64,000 nucleotides of DNA from a virus (IMGVR_UViG_3300035696_000029:1-64000), one strand, 5' to 3'; counted from the first letter of the stretch, positions 47,801 to 56,127 are shown. Notes: generated by a model not told the origin, from the letters alone. Numbers and translations: made by a program.

Positions 47801-48640
47801 AACTTTCTGACTGCCTTCCTCGTGATGTTCTTCTCCGGCTTCTTGAGGAGTCTTAACTCCCAAAGCTTTTTCAACCGCCATACCTAAAGCATCAAAGACA
47901 CTGATTTCCTCAGGAGCTAGAGTTTCCTTAGTAACAGCATCGGCAGTTTTAACAGACAAGAAAATCTTCGGCTTATCCGCGCTACCCAATTTATTAAGAA
48001 CAGGATAAGCTCTCAACGGATTCTGGGACAATTCAGGGAAAGGCAGCTTAGGAGTAATGTCCGTTACATCCAGTTTATCTGTACTGACGTCGGTCATTAG
48101 CGCATCAAATGCACTAGACAACCGTGGATCGTAGTAAGCACCAAACACTAGATGACGCAGCTTGGTACGAAGCTTTTCGTCATCCTTGTCAAATTTAAAT
48201 ACAACATATTCCCGCTTGTTGAACCAGTGAGGAGCAAACAATACAATGGATTCAAACTTGCCATCAGGAGTCTTGAATAGTTTGTCCTTAATGGTTGACA
48301 TATCGGCTTGACTGTACTCATCGAATTCATTGTCGCCAATGCGATGAGTAATCAAATCGGATACTTCCTCACCACCAAATTCCTTTACCAGGCAGCCATA
48401 CAGCAAGGCAATGGGAAATCCTTCGAGTTTATCGGCAATCTTGGCAGGGATAATATAGAGACGACCAATAGCAATGTTTTGACGGAATCCCTTGTAAAAA
48501 ACTTCAAAGGATTGAACATCGCCCGTGCTGCGAGCTTCTTTCTCTCCCGCTTTAGTTGCTTCGACCACTTTTGTCAACAAGCCTTCATTGACTTGAAAGC
48601 TCTGGAATGATTTGAGTGCTACTGTTCCGCTTTGACCCAT
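41891..48640 (-). CDS. giant modular protein (2249 aa), putative protease-processed polyprotein
   Basis: 13 KTA plus further KVA/KKA/KNA/KQA/KFA motifs separating short modules, many with paired CxxC. Confidence 0.75.
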   Translation of the reverse strand: MGQSGTVALKSFQSFQVNEGLLTKVVEATKAGEKEARSTGDVQSFEVFYKGFRQNIAIGRLYIIPAKIADKLEGFPIALLYGCLVKEFGGEEVSDLITHRIGDNEFDEYSQADMSTIKDKLFKTPDGKFESIVLFAPHWFNKREYVVFKFDKDDEKLRTKLRHLVFGAYYDPRLSSAFDALMTDVSTDKLDVTDITPKLPFPELSQNPLRAYPVLNKLGSADKPKIFLSVKTADAVTKETLAPEEISVFDALGMAVEKALGVKTPQEAGEEHHEEGSQKVPRLAAKKDHFCECSDHACPAHRGSNECHQITKEKLCAECQKTKKSSKEACEAPHGVPAGTTNVGPGTEAADAKKNKEVSEVKFNEEAAKAHESEQEPIGIELNSDGTPKRAAVKTADSDYFRELRALGFKRTSRSAPFTYEKEVGGDRRIDVQIEGHLQGGRVCHWHTTGPKFFKNNPAMVDAIKQRGGNPVDYGWIQDTYPSGFNSVEGMKQAIEYQMTATKDSPRKSFFDPKAPGGYGIHESSNLSDISVKTAGVSDGQIRFANKTQVWLWTCELEGQISDGMWENSGPRDHWQEVCGADVIVGEPGLTNIYPRRSYGFRRLVEYVGDRMLVTGKLSKAYPELTPSQTLSSAAEYLTDGLLEKPGATFKAIENQFTSWQEAEIQKLEQATGDDRATIVQKLQAAPYGKQDLMRDLRAIENVINGGYRSVKGSLIKQAKDRNEFYDYKGHQFHLTTWEERDRFNIRLMDECCDKEVLDVWDEDAAGLIEDGFIDPRNMAESTVQYVDSIGLLNDIINKEVTADVDDNAEYQIQASSAWKGETIERFVAASQHSQDKRAKHEAMLQKKYGDRRKFADDVPSNDDILNEVLQDMGQAPLVEVPNDENNKQPKPGGGIGALPESAKSDTPEKERSISDSQAQAVPAALENSATKHEEPKQQESKQQESQEPKPEESKVEESKSEESKSESEEPKTAAKFTPHSFVDGKCEYCGEKWSVQGANKSCPKGKKEKSKAAGGHRDGCECKFCSPRGSPEGFNEEEWEKQKKEREGKKEESKTASALDLSAKAADLLQFIGDIAINLDDYGITDWRNFDYSMEGGNADPLVLNELQKKNYLDQNGYLTEKAFVNMSGFEDLAKNASSKTARKMGKCKECGKDRSLDDEGLCHQCWQKIEDDKKEEATVKTADCYQCGCNKGVGGERCPKCGHYHRKESSAREKVASYIKNASITVEEGEDGEGFHMLVIMNGREYVLRGPDAEQFQKDYANIQKPAGAVNALVEKYMDKLRPYKKPAEVGKGEPNIPGWLKEKELQEKSSSEIEKKAWVVCEACGGSGMQNGRVCRACDGTGHESKKIGKVARECNAQDLTTCPEGVKCLNCGAVSSSNLKIEHVPQSKQTASIKTALLKGCTRCHKLKVPVERITSLCDGCVKELQLEDEKVAGDKKGGGPGNCPVCGSRNTVWINSKGGRAAKCNNCGNVGLVDKFGSMQKVAYVKHCPGHRNSDGNLAEWCVYSHETGKILSSHTTEDKAKKHLQDMHAHSGSTKTAAFWNKKSPELPEDKLANAKFFYCETVTAGGASPWHIREKGPKGVMLGGGADTPALCGRTVAWDLRVPIDIESESGKAQLRAACRKCAVEYLKLMSTNPEWYERKGSKKTAKDSGNCPVCKCELTKDGGCPRASTHPKTAEEHENSGFQTSYCSKCRRETKHAIRGNEKQCTTCSTLGTIPKKTATGTLVLPGNLESPESGNVNAMREALETQQEMEVGKSIGEKENELEQVQNAAKDHGVETDVHVPGVGKVEEVTVPKAEGNAGTQVIINIASASKIPITNDGSTGADGGTDIDGHTPMISAIQEKEADGYEHQTTIGNCKECRRERPVPYFGYCQECWDKKQDAPNDPPGYAKRVRELEAEGMTTSDAQAVADVEFAKKEAKTAKDRKERNMEPFFKKEKKSSNQWKDEKGQTWEKCSYCNGKDNPNCVKCNGKGYYKVPAEKKAGFNFFFPGQALREFYPELQHELVDYPNDTNSPMIEDIDISQGYDSDIAEAADESLDTTKLSYVSTSPAAGAGIGRDGKPEVLEGAPLRKENDIRGMMFTDEFHQQYTPGPDGSALAIVSKKVAASDEPKQFSKFLKKVCGEIAAALVSAFKVTSRPLMDKVPGMGEVQLAQVEKAQPGFMPVDATVVDPASRVKYLLDKLNDGEIQNAINDAWAQSAVWNKEQDGGFVYEVFVRAESIDTDTMVMKYKFVVGTREAQGA

Positions 48641-48652
48641 GAGATTCCTCTC

Positions 48653-49159
48653 TTATTTAATCCTAATATCGATCTTCTCCGATTCACGTCGGATACTCGG
48701 TTCAGCCATCGCCATTGCATCGGCAAATTGCAACATGATATTCTTGACCATGGTTCCGTCTAATTCTGCTTCTTCCAGTGTCTTCTTAAACAAGTTGCAA
48801 ATTTCCGTCAATACAAACTTGAAACGCGGTCCATCAAAATTGAGCGCATCTTTCTTGCTCAAGATGTCCGTATCGTTACACTGCTTAGCAAGTGCCGTAA
48901 GAACTTTAACTTGCGTCTCCCAGGCTTTTTGCTTCCAAGCATCACCCGGATCCTTACCCTGTCGCACTGCATCTTTAGCAATCTTCCCTAACTCGATTGT
49001 AATCAGACGACTCACTTCTACAATCGGAGTGTTGGGATCCTCTAACTTCTTAAGGATCTCATCAAACTTGTCGATATTTCCCGTCTCAGCAGGTTTTGGC
49101 TGCGCTACACCTTCTAAGACTTGAAAATCTACCGTCTCAGTTCGATTTATCGAATCCAT
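48653..49159 (-). CDS. hypothetical helical protein (168 aa)
   Basis: GGAG RBS; coupled to upstream gene. Confidence 0.65.
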   Translation of the reverse strand: MDSINRTETVDFQVLEGVAQPKPAETGNIDKFDEILKKLEDPNTPIVEVSRLITIELGKIAKDAVRQGKDPGDAWKQKAWETQVKVLTALAKQCNDTDILSKKDALNFDGPRFKFVLTEICNLFKKTLEEAELDGTMVKNIMLQFADAMAMAEPSIRRESEKIDIRIK

Positions 49160-50652
49160 TACTCCACGTCTCCCAGGCTAAAAGAACTCTTCACCTGGAC
49201 ATCAAGACGTGCTGGTTCTTTGATATCGATATCTCCCGCATCAATCGGGAAATTTCCTACCAAGTCATATTCAGCCAGTATTGAGCGTCCATCCGTGGGA
49301 GCGCCTTCAGCTATCTTGTGATTGTTGCTTTGCTTTTCCATACCAGGGAAGCTGAGCAACGTACCACCAGTCAATCCACAATGCATTCCTTGACGATACA
49401 CGCAAGAAGCGCATTTCTCAGCACCAACAATTGCATTCTGTACGCCTAACTTCTGTTTCAAGAATGTGCAATCTATCTGAGATAGAGCAATCTTAGTTCC
49501 ATTCCGCTTTAATCCAGCAATGAATGCTTTTACAGCTGCCCCGGCTTGAACCGATCCAATCTTACGAGCAGCCGCAGTATAGATCTTCTCAATTGAATGA
49601 CCTTTCTTGTGTAGAGCTTCAACCGTGTTAGCATCAAATTGGAAAGAAGATGCTTTCTTTTGATGACCCAAACGAGCGATTTCAGGACTGCGTTCGGTTA
49701 CTTGTTCACTGACGCGAACAATCATGTCACTCTTAGTTGCTTCTCTAAAATGATTGTGTTCCTTGTTTGCAATCTTAACCAAGGTAGCTTTCTTATGACC
49801 GTCGGGAACTCCTGCTGTAAGTTTGTTCACAATGGCTTTGGCTTCGGCTGCTGTAGTGATAATAGGCAGGTGATACAGATTACAAGTCTTTTGACCTGAC
49901 TGCTTATTAAAATACTGGCATCCTGCACAAGCTTTGATCTGCTTTACCGATTTAGCTTGTACTTTACCCATGCGAACCTTAACCCGTTCATAACTCTTGG
50001 GGCAAGAATCCATGTAATGATTTGGTTCTAGATAAGCTAGACCCAAAAGTCCAGCATTCTGATTCAGATACTCTTCGGACATTTGACGATTAAAGAAAGG
50101 TTGATTTTCGGCTAGTTTCTGCAAACGAGCAGCAATCTTAGAAGGTGATTCCCCTTGATTGAGTAGATCTCTAACATACTTCTTGATTTCTGCATCACTA
50201 ACGGTCTTGCCTTCCAGTTCAGCATTAGCAGGTGCCTTCTTAATGTTGTAAGTCTTCTCCAACATTACACTGGCATCATCTGCCATCTCGTTTACAAAAT
50301 CTTCTGCTCCAGCATAACGACTACCTGTTACAGGACCCTCGCTAGCACGCTCACGAGCTTCTTTGGCTTGTTGTTTTTCAGCGGCTGCGGCGCGAGCTTG
50401 TGCTAAACGAGCTTCCCGATTTTGTTTCTCCCGTGCAGGAGCATTTGCGCTATGAGGACCCCAAATAGGTGTGTGATGAGACTCTGCGCTTTCGGCAATT
50501 TCGTCTTCAAATTCTGTGTCCACAAACTTGTGAGTACGGTCCTGTTGCACTTCACCGGAGTCCTTCTCGGCTTCGAGATCTAGTTCTTCCCAATTAGGTT
50601 CACGATCGTCAAGGAAAGCATCTATGATTGATGAGTACGCTTTTTCTGCCAT
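49159..50652 (-). CDS. probable head-module protein with two Cys clusters (497 aa)
   Basis: Acidic N-terminus; CAGC...C and CASC...C; several KxA motifs. Confidence 0.55.
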   Translation of the reverse strand: MAEKAYSSIIDAFLDDREPNWEELDLEAEKDSGEVQQDRTHKFVDTEFEDEIAESAESHHTPIWGPHSANAPAREKQNREARLAQARAAAAEKQQAKEARERASEGPVTGSRYAGAEDFVNEMADDASVMLEKTYNIKKAPANAELEGKTVSDAEIKKYVRDLLNQGESPSKIAARLQKLAENQPFFNRQMSEEYLNQNAGLLGLAYLEPNHYMDSCPKSYERVKVRMGKVQAKSVKQIKACAGCQYFNKQSGQKTCNLYHLPIITTAAEAKAIVNKLTAGVPDGHKKATLVKIANKEHNHFREATKSDMIVRVSEQVTERSPEIARLGHQKKASSFQFDANTVEALHKKGHSIEKIYTAAARKIGSVQAGAAVKAFIAGLKRNGTKIALSQIDCTFLKQKLGVQNAIVGAEKCASCVYRQGMHCGLTGGTLLSFPGMEKQSNNHKIAEGAPTDGRSILAEYDLVGNFPIDAGDIDIKEPARLDVQVKSSFSLGDVE

Positions 50653-50663
50653 AATTAGTATCC

Positions 50664-51275
50664 TTAGAGAGTCAGATCATCAAGTACCGATGTCAAGAAC
50701 TCCATTGGTCGATTCTTTGGTGCTGCTGGAATTGAACTGCCATCGTCAACTGCTTCATCCGCAACTAGCTTGACGATTTTATTGCCTCGTACTGCCCAAA
50801 AATCACGAGTCGATGGGCATTCGTAAACATTTCCTGCCACACGATTTAGACCCATGCTAGCAACTTTCTTCTGCGCTTCGGGAGAAATGGAAGCAAAATG
50901 ATTACCGTTCTTGTACTTCTCTTCCATTAAACCGTTGGGATAATAGTACATGCCCTCGTTGTCTTCGTAGATCCCAGCTTCGCCTAGTGTGATGGGAGCA
51001 CTGAATAATTTCATGTCCGGAAGGCTCATCAGTTGAACCATGCGGTTATCTAGAACCTTGAATCCCATCTTTTTTCCAGCTACACGCATGTGCATACAAA
51101 CTTCAGAATAAGGCATTACAGCTTCGCCAACATCTCCGACATTGACACGAACCATTTTTTGTGCACTAATAACACGATTTTCCAGACGAGGCTCTACAAC
51201 AGCATGAGCAGTGTAATTTGCAAACTTTCGCATTAGAGGCACCTCACTTGAGGTTGCGAAATTCGGTTTTCCCAT
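50664..51275 (-). CDS. probable head-module protein (203 aa)
   Basis: KFA/KVA/RVA motifs; start moved to ATG 51275. Confidence 0.55.
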   Translation of the reverse strand: MGKPNFATSSEVPLMRKFANYTAHAVVEPRLENRVISAQKMVRVNVGDVGEAVMPYSEVCMHMRVAGKKMGFKVLDNRMVQLMSLPDMKLFSAPITLGEAGIYEDNEGMYYYPNGLMEEKYKNGNHFASISPEAQKKVASMGLNRVAGNVYECPSTRDFWAVRGNKIVKLVADEAVDDGSSIPAAPKNRPMEFLTSVLDDLTL

Positions 51276-51348
51276 AAACAACCGTTTTTTCAACCCTCTA
51301 TAAGAAGCGCAAAGTTATCGAACTTCCGACTGCTTTATTGAGGAACAT

Positions 51349-52158
51349 ATGCAAATAGTCAATAATCTAATCTTCAGTTCCACCAATGCTGCCGATGGCG
51401 CATGGCAAGATGTAAGCAACATGGTGATGTTTTCAATTTATGTCAAAGGAATTGAAGCAAAAGTTTGGGTAGAAGTTTCAAACGATCCCAACGTGAAATA
51501 TGATGGGCCTAATGGACAATTACTGGCTCCCGGAGCACCCGTTCTTTCTCAATTTACTTATGGTTCTCTACCTGCTCAATCGGTCAACGTAGAACTTACT
51601 TATACAACTCGCAATCAGCCTATCGTAACACCTACTCCGCTTTATAGCATGGCAGTAGGGGAGACTCTACCGGGTGCTTCGGCTTCCTTGGCGGTACTAG
51701 CTGGAAATACGCTGCAAATTGCTTCTCCTCCTGCTGATGCCGCAGGAATAGCCACTGGATACAATGTCTACATCCAGAATACTGCTGGAGTTTATGTTCT
51801 ACAAAATACACGCGGCGGTCCCAATGCTTCAAACGATTCTTCGGTTTATGATGGACCAATTCCACTAGGAACACCCTTTATTATGCGAATGGGTTATTTT
51901 GATTCTAGCATTCCTGCTCCCGTTACGGATACAAGTGGTGGACCAGCAGTTGGAATCAACATTCAAGGAACAGGTGGAACACTTTCTTCTGTTGTAGCAC
52001 TAACAAATGAATATCCAGTTGCGCTCATCGGAGACACCAACGCAGATGCAGTAACAGTGGCTCCTTCATCTATGACATGGAAGTGGGTTCGAGTTCGTAA
52101 AGATAGCACGACACAAGGTAAAGCAACAAAGGCTTGGATCTGTGGTGGCATGGGTTAA
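51349..52158 (+). CDS. beta-rich virion protein (269 aa)
   Basis: GAGG RBS; T/S/P/G-rich; terminal W.WVRV. Confidence 0.55.
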   Translation: MQIVNNLIFSSTNAADGAWQDVSNMVMFSIYVKGIEAKVWVEVSNDPNVKYDGPNGQLLAPGAPVLSQFTYGSLPAQSVNVELTYTTRNQPIVTPTPLYSMAVGETLPGASASLAVLAGNTLQIASPPADAAGIATGYNVYIQNTAGVYVLQNTRGGPNASNDSSVYDGPIPLGTPFIMRMGYFDSSIPAPVTDTSGGPAVGINIQGTGGTLSSVVALTNEYPVALIGDTNADAVTVAPSSMTWKWVRVRKDSTTQGKATKAWICGGMG

Positions 52159-52216
52159 TTGCGTATTCACAGAAAAACACAAACTTCGGAAGTTATTTTA
52201 GAGGAGCTATAAACAT

Positions 52217-53212
52217 ATGGCAACACCAACTTTAGTGCAGGTAACACATAATCAGATCAATTCCCTTGCAGCAACAGGACTCAGTGTCACTCTCCCGGCT
52301 GCAACTACTCTTGGGAATGCATTGGTCGCTGTTGTTTTCGGTCAAAAAGGCATAGATCCATTTGGCCAGCGCACAGATACAAATCCCTATCAAAGTACAC
52401 AGAACGCAACCCCGGCTCCTGTCCTTAATGATAACGAAAACAATACTTGGGCTTCGTTAGTCAGCATTACAAATGTGGATATGATTTCTGCTACCCCAGT
52501 GTATCCTTCCACTTCGGAATCAGACCCAGATCTTTTTGCTCAGTATCCCAGTGTTTATGTCTTTGATGCTTTAAACGTGGCAGTCTCGACTCAAACCGTT
52601 AATGTACGTGCCAGCTACTTGGGTCAAAACGTTCCTTGGAATTCTAAAGTTAGCTATCTAATTGGTGACGCAGTTAATGTTAGCGGAGTTGTCTACGTTG
52701 CTACGGCTCCTAGCCTTAACGTAACACCTCCAAACGGTGGTTATTGGGCAGTTGTTGCCACTCCTTCTTCAGATTCACGTTTTGCAGGTGGCCCAGGCAA
52801 ACCTGTATACGGTGGAATTGATGTAGTCTTGCTGGATTTTTCCGGTATTGCTACTTCTAGCGCAACAGACGGAACACCAGTTGCTGGTACTTCTGTTGCC
52901 AACCCGGCCACTGCTGGTTCTCCGGGTACAATCACAACCACGTCAAGTGGCGATCTAATTCTTGCTGTTGGTCTACAAAAGGACAGCAATGAATTTTCGG
53001 CTCCTACTGGTTGGACAGTTGCTTGGTCTGGAAAGTTGATTGGTTCCGAAGAACATTATGTTATCATGTATCAGATACAGGCAGCGTCAGGTGCAATTAC
53101 TCCGGGCTTTACGAACCCAGTCGGTCGTACAGCTGCAGGATCTGATATTGGTCCTACTACATCAGCTGGATACGAGACAATCGTTCTTGCAGCAGCTTTA
53201 AAACATAGTTAA
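52217..53212 (+). CDS. beta-rich virion/tail-associated protein (331 aa)
   Basis: PTLVQ start, ITTTSSGDLILAV, APTGWT motifs; short carbohydrate-binding-like insert (WNSKVSYLIGDAVNVSGVVYVA). Confidence 0.6.
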   Translation: MATPTLVQVTHNQINSLAATGLSVTLPAATTLGNALVAVVFGQKGIDPFGQRTDTNPYQSTQNATPAPVLNDNENNTWASLVSITNVDMISATPVYPSTSESDPDLFAQYPSVYVFDALNVAVSTQTVNVRASYLGQNVPWNSKVSYLIGDAVNVSGVVYVATAPSLNVTPPNGGYWAVVATPSSDSRFAGGPGKPVYGGIDVVLLDFSGIATSSATDGTPVAGTSVANPATAGSPGTITTTSSGDLILAVGLQKDSNEFSAPTGWTVAWSGKLIGSEEHYVIMYQIQAASGAITPGFTNPVGRTAAGSDIGPTTSAGYETIVLAAALKHS

Positions 53213-53259
53213 TCGAAGAATGACTCAAAGTTTCTCTTAGAAGCTGGATATGCCATTCG

Positions 53260-53291
53260 ATCCGGAGGCCTAAAACCTCCGGATTTTTATT
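53260..53291 (+). terminator. intrinsic terminator
   Basis: ATCCGGAGG-loop7-CCTCCGGAT followed by TTTTATT. Confidence 0.85.
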
Positions 53292-53318
53292 GTCCAAAAT
53301 GCGGAACTTCTCTAAAAT
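53290..53318 (+). promoter_or_regulatory. sigma70-like promoter TTGTCC-17-TAAAAT overlapped by an inverted repeat
   Basis: Exact 17-nt spacer; CTCTAAAA-N13-TTTTAGAG at 53310-53338. Confidence 0.5.
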
Positions 53319-53440
53319 GAGTATTATAGCTTTTAGAGGATGGAAATTAGACAACACTCCTCCTAATACAATCTACTGTAAAAATTCGAGAAACAGGTAT
53401 TTTCTCAATTTTTCAGGAAAAATTCTGATGGGAAGGTAAC

Positions 53441-54178
53441 ATGGCTGAAAATTCTGCTTATTTTGAATCGGTAGTCGCAAACCGTTCAATGCTTTTGACT
53501 GATGAAGAATCGCTAGAAGGACAGATAACAATATCGCAGGAAACCTGTGGAGATCTGCAAGAAGAAAATATCCTCACTTACATTCAAGACAACTTCAGCA
53601 CTTTCCTCAAGACACTTCGTTTCCTAAAGAAAGAAGATCAAGAAATGCTGCTCAGCTATTATCTGTTGAGCAAGACTCAAAACACACTAGCTCTAATTCA
53701 CAAGTCTACCCAGACAGTTTGTTCATTCCGTATACGCATGGCGGTAAAAACTCTAGGAACATTCTTGATGATGGGGGAACCAACGGTTGAGAAAATGCAT
53801 GAAGTTCTAACCACTGCTGGATTAGAAAACTCGATTCCGAAAGTTGAACTAAGCAAGATTGTAGACCTGTATGTGAAGACACGAAACTTTCAGAAAATTT
53901 CAGACATCTACAAATTGCATCGTCCTGATATTCGGCGAGCTATGAGTCGTGCCAGTAAGCAAATGATGGAGTCAAAAGATCCGCAAGAACATGCTCTGGG
54001 AGCATACATTCATAGTTTAATCGATAAGGCTAACCCGGCTGGACAAGGATTCAGCAAACGCAAGATTGCAAAACAGTGCCACGTATTTCGTTCAGATCCA
54101 GAGATCCTTGGAGCATTTCGTATACGAGTGGACGATCCAGACTTTGACCAAATGTTCGTATCCCGCGCAAATCGATAG
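53441..54178 (+). CDS. sigma-region-4-like HTH protein (two HTH-like segments)
   Basis: LKKEDQEMLLSYYLLSKTQNTLA...SFRIRMAVKTL and LYVKTRNFQKIS...DIRRAMSRA; GAAGG RBS. Confidence 0.6.
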   Translation: MAENSAYFESVVANRSMLLTDEESLEGQITISQETCGDLQEENILTYIQDNFSTFLKTLRFLKKEDQEMLLSYYLLSKTQNTLALIHKSTQTVCSFRIRMAVKTLGTFLMMGEPTVEKMHEVLTTAGLENSIPKVELSKIVDLYVKTRNFQKISDIYKLHRPDIRRAMSRASKQMMESKDPQEHALGAYIHSLIDKANPAGQGFSKRKIAKQCHVFRSDPEILGAFRIRVDDPDFDQMFVSRANR

Positions 54179-54662
54179 CAACTTTATTGCCTTTGTTTTC
54201 GTTGCAAGTGGAGCACATGGTTTGAAGATTGCTTAGTGTATCTTCGCCGTTCTTCGATTTGGGAATGATATGGTCTTTGGTCATTAAGACTTCTTTATAG
54301 GTCCCATTATCCCTTCTACGGAGAGCGTACAGATTTAAGTGCCAATGGCTTCCATTCATAAGGCGAAATTCATAACGATGTTTCCCAGTCCCCTTAATTT
54401 GAATAGCTATTCGCTTGGCACTGCGTTCTTTTGCAAAATACAATCCTTCAATTCCACAATTTACACAGAACACTGAGCGTTGGAACACGAGATATCGTTT
54501 TGAAACTAGATTGATACCATCCCCATTGAAATTTACACCAAAGCGGCCCAGATTGTTGAAGACATACTCACGACTGAAGACACCACGACGTTGGTAGCCA
54601 GAATGGTATCCATAGAAGAGCACTACTTGGTCACCACCAAGCGTAGATTGGAAGGTGCCCAA
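54051..54662 (-). CDS. HNH endonuclease
   Basis: TKDHIIPKSKNG...NLQTMCSTCNENKG; upstream CVNCG. Confidence 0.88.
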   Translation of the reverse strand: MGTFQSTLGGDQVVLFYGYHSGYQRRGVFSREYVFNNLGRFGVNFNGDGINLVSKRYLVFQRSVFCVNCGIEGLYFAKERSAKRIAIQIKGTGKHRYEFRLMNGSHWHLNLYALRRRDNGTYKEVLMTKDHIIPKSKNGEDTLSNLQTMCSTCNENKGNKVAIDLRGIRTFGQSLDRPLVYEMLQGSLDLNEIRGTVLQSCVC

Positions 54663-54850
54663 CTGGAGCGTTCACTTTTGGATGATTTCGAAGCTGATAA
54701 TTTTTCCGAAGCTGGCATTGACGATACTTCGCTGCACATATTGGTGAGGCGCAAAGTACTCAGGCTCACGGACAAATTACCTATCAGCGTTAATGCTTCC
54801 ACTTCACTCATTGAAACGATAACAACATTTGGTTCTTTTTGAATTATCAC
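54623..54850 (-). CDS. hypothetical protein (75 aa)
   Basis: AGGAG RBS. Confidence 0.5.
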   Translation of the reverse strand: MIIQKEPNVVIVSMSEVEALTLIGNLSVSLSTLRLTNMCSEVSSMPASEKLSASKSSKSERSSWAPSNLRLVVTK

Positions 54851-54864
54851 CTAAAAACTCCTTC

Positions 54865-55275
54865 TTATGCTGATTTGTCCACAAAATACTTAGGAGCCAG
54901 CAACTTAACCAACTCCACGGAGAAAACATACTCTTTCCCATTCTCAGTACGGCACAGAACAGGATTCTTACTGCGACGAGGAAGAAGTCCAACAATCTTG
55001 AAAACTCGGCTTTCAGAAGAAAAGGTTTGGTCAAGCCATTCTGGCTTCAAACCGTATGTATCAGCATACGCGATGTAATTTTGGCGTTCTTGTGTAATCG
55101 CTTCTCCACTGGAAGTTTTCAGGCAAACTTGCAGTTTGAAAGTCGCAGTTGTCTCGGAGAAAGCGGCATTGCCCGCCTTTAAACTAAGGCCATGCTTTGC
55201 ACCCAGTGGAGCTAGAGCGGCGTCGATGTCGTCACGAAGTTCCTTGAGAAATTGTTTATCCAGTTTAGCAATCAT
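54865..55275 (-). CDS. hypothetical phage protein (136 aa)
   Basis: ATGA coupling at 55272-55275. Confidence 0.65.
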   Translation of the reverse strand: MIAKLDKQFLKELRDDIDAALAPLGAKHGLSLKAGNAAFSETTATFKLQVCLKTSSGEAITQERQNYIAYADTYGLKPEWLDQTFSSESRVFKIVGLLPRRSKNPVLCRTENGKEYVFSVELVKLLAPKYFVDKSA

Positions 55276-55697
55276 GCTCGTCTCCAATCTCGCATGTTGA
55301 GAATTTTCTTGACCCGGTGCACGAATTCGTCTACATCGTCCTGATGAATTTTGATGTTGTAATCATTGCGCTCGCCCACAATGCGGAGACCCGAACCAAC
55401 GTATCGGGTAGAGGCTTTGCAAGCAAAGTATGAAACTTCTGCCGGAGGTAATCCTAAACGATCGCGGCAAATTCGACTCAAGCGAACAAAGTGACCATCG
55501 TCCTCGTTGTCATCTTGAAAAGTACCCATTGGAATCATATGAGTACGGACAGTCTCAACAAAATCCTTCACTTTATCGGTTGGGATGCTGCCATTTTGGA
55601 TTTGAAACAAAATCTTTTGTTCTTGAACAACCGCTGCAGCTACCTTTGGATCGAGTTCTTGTTTCTTTACGATGTAGTCTATTGTGAGATACATCAA
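55272..55697 (-). CDS. hypothetical protein (141 aa)
   Basis: AAGGAG RBS. Confidence 0.65.
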   Translation of the reverse strand: MMYLTIDYIVKKQELDPKVAAAVVQEQKILFQIQNGSIPTDKVKDFVETVRTHMIPMGTFQDDNEDDGHFVRLSRICRDRLGLPPAEVSYFACKASTRYVGSGLRIVGERNDYNIKIHQDDVDEFVHRVKKILNMRDWRRA

Positions 55698-55712
55698 TCG
55701 AACTCCTTTGAA

Positions 55713-56114
55713 TTAGTTACAGAGATAATTGCCATAATGCCGTTTGTTCATGTACACAGGTTGGTCCCAAGGATACAGATTGAAATCGACGTTGCCCAAT
55801 TCGACTTTAAGAGATCGTTCGGAATTCCAACCGTCTTTACCTGCGCCCCAAACGCTTCCCCAATAGACGGCAGGAGTATAAGGTTCCAACTCATTTAGAA
55901 GTGCGGCTCCAGCAACGGTGATAATCCAAGGGGCAGTTTGTTTCTGTCCAGCTTTGGCGATGAGATCCTTGCGGCGCATGTAGGTCAATGTGGAGTTACC
56001 TTCCAGGCTGGGAAAAACATTCGTAATTTCAGAGGTACGAGCACCATTAATGCTACAAAGTGCCAGCATCTTCAAAATTCCGTGGGTAAGACCACCGTTC
56101 AACCGTTTACTCAT
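55713..56114 (-). CDS. possible winged-HTH protein (133 aa)
   Basis: ILKML...TSEI...LTYMRRKDLI...WIITVAGAALL; GGAGG RBS. Confidence 0.5.
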   Translation of the reverse strand: MSKRLNGGLTHGILKMLALCSINGARTSEITNVFPSLEGNSTLTYMRRKDLIAKAGQKQTAPWIITVAGAALLNELEPYTPAVYWGSVWGAGKDGWNSERSLKVELGNVDFNLYPWDQPVYMNKRHYGNYLCN

Positions 56115-56127
56115 ATCGCCTCCACTT

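Noticed and set aside
53157-53357. 66-aa - strand ORF behind AGGAGG
   Set aside because: SD is only 1-4 nt from the possible starts; the ORF crosses a terminator and promoter and overlaps a + gene. Left uncalled.
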